A DNA stretch of 64,000 nt from Amphiscolops sp. MND2022 (taxonomy: Eukaryota), in contig OZ076409.1 of assembly GCA_964187785.1 (NCBI GenBank), positions 61,940,001 through 62,004,000 on the forward strand, written 5' to 3'. Every line of letters starts with the position of its first letter. Within the stretch, counting starts at the first letter, position 1. The notes under the pieces were generated by a model that was not told the DNA's origin, did not search any database, and saw nothing but the letters and a program-made list of their open reading frames with translations. A program made the translations under genes and the position numbers. Below, in pieces: positions 62,301-64,000 of the stretch.

Positions 62301-64000
62301 TGGTTGCTGTGGATAGTGTAATAACGGCGTTTTTAGTGATAAGGCGAATGATTGATGAAGTGAAAGGTAGTTGCATCTTTGCTTCCTGTAATGAGTATTT
62401 TCTCACAATCATGTCAAGCTTGGTTTCTTATATGATGTGATTTTCGCACTGATGTATGAATGTTTAATTTATATCGCTGCAATGGATGTTTTTTATTAGC
62501 GTCCATTTTAGATGTCGATGTCCCTTTGGCATGTGAATACTAGTTTTTATTGAGAGGTGTTTTGACTGCAGGGAATACAGCGACATTTGGTGTCCTCCAT
62601 AGCAGAAGAAATTTCAAGTTATAAGAATGTTGGAAATCTTTGCTGCCCTTCCACTGTATAATTCCATTGCTAATCTTCAAAACATTTGCGTAAACAACTA
62701 CGAGAACTCGGCCACGCCGGTCCTGGTTTCAGTCCCAATCCAGAGTCACTGAACAAATCAAACGACGTTTAAAATTATCTCAAGTTTGAGACTTTGAAAA
62801 AAACGTGAATATTCCTGTGGCACGATTTGATTAACAATAGTATCGCACCCTGCTGAAGTAACAATTCTCAGCCTCGAAACGCAACTCAGCTGTTGGCTTT
62901 ATTGCAAAGTCTCAGAATAACTTTGAAGACCTGAGAACATTGGACTGCCCAATCATCCAAGTCACGACCGATATTATGAGCAAGTCAGACAATGCTCAGC
63001 GAAGGTCTCGTTTAGAAATACAAACTTTTGAATCAATACAGCTATTTCAAAATTAGATTTCTGGTTGAAGTCTCACATTACTACCTGAACTTGAGGAAGA
63101 CATTGAGAACAAGAGGCACGAAGAGAAGAACTCAGGAGCAGTGCAGAGATGTTAAGCGAAAAAGAGAATACAAGTAAAATTGACCTTTTAGAGTCTCAGA
63201 ATGAGAGTCACTGTTGATACCTCATAATACTTTTTTGAACCAAATGTGAGCTTTTAGTGTCTTGGACTCGAAGCCCCGTTAGTAATTTTAAACCATGAAG
63301 ACGCAAGTGGTTCGAGTCGTGTTTTTCTGAATAGTCATCACCAAAATCAATGAGAGAATCGGAATTGAACCTCCAGGAACCCGATTAATCACTTTTGTGG
63401 CACAAGACAATTGAGGCTCGAGAGCGTGTTGAAAACAAACGGAACATCGACACCTTGACTGGAACTAGTGGATCGCCAGCTATGACTGCCCTTGCAAAAT
63501 ATTATTATTTAATTGATTTCTCCATCAGCCAATGCGAACTTGAAGCGTTGGTAAAGCTCGGTAGTTTCGCCGCGCCTAGAACATTGAAGACATGGAACTC
63601 ATAGACATCCGTAAAGATCTCATAAATAACTTGAAGCCACAAAAAAGATTGGTGGTTGGAGTGAATCTCAGAACAGATCTAGGTAGCAGTCAAGCGCTTT
63701 TACCATTAGATCAAACAGTCTATTTATGATGAACAACATTTTGAATTATCATTATCAACGCCGTTGTTATAATATCGCGTTCTAAATGAAGCTGATGCCA
63801 CACAACTCCCAGCAGAACACAGCACTACTGGGGATTCAAGCCACTTATGTAAACGCTAATTTCTAACAATCATGTTGAGGTTGCGTTATTATAGTGGTAG
63901 CTTTTACATGATTGGCTTGAATCGTCAATAGTGCTGTCTTCGACTAGACGCAGTGTGGCATCAGCATCAGTCAGAAGAGGATAGTGTAACAACTACGTTG
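56370..64000 (+). repeat. Tandem array of diverged ~1.72-kb self-complementary units (3 complete, 2 deleted, 1 running off the window)
   Basis: The marker GACTGA..T.AGC.AA.GC..CTTTG..GCGT.GATAAAGC.CGGTAGC recurs at 56404, 58127, 59845, 61577 and ~63511 (periods 1723, 1718, 1732), with a partial unit from ~62245. Confidence 0.95.

Overview
AT-rich metazoan genomic DNA (spliceosomal introns, PTF1A-type bHLH) dense in transposons. Three host genes can be fully reconstructed: a 4-exon GT31 beta-1,3-glycosyltransferase, a 2-exon ACBD6 and a PTF1A/Fer1 bHLH gene. There are also fragments of a divergent multi-pass membrane gene. The window holds a full-length Ty1/copia element with identical LTRs but a broken ORF, and many MITEs (hAT, piggyBac, Tc1, MULE types), LINE and Penelope remnants. 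A complete-boundary 14.3-kb Maverick/Polinton (adintovirus-like) provirus encodes pPolB, integrase, major and minor capsid proteins, protease and, unusually, two packaging-type ATPases. The most striking unexplained feature is a tandem array of ~1.72-kb units from ~56.4 kb to the window end. By manual inspection each unit is self-complementary along most of its length, with many G-U pairs and some compensatory changes between copies, and it carries traces of a decayed ORF. It is a candidate endogenised viroid-like/circular-RNA element or a long-hairpin-RNA locus; no ribozyme could be confirmed by eye.
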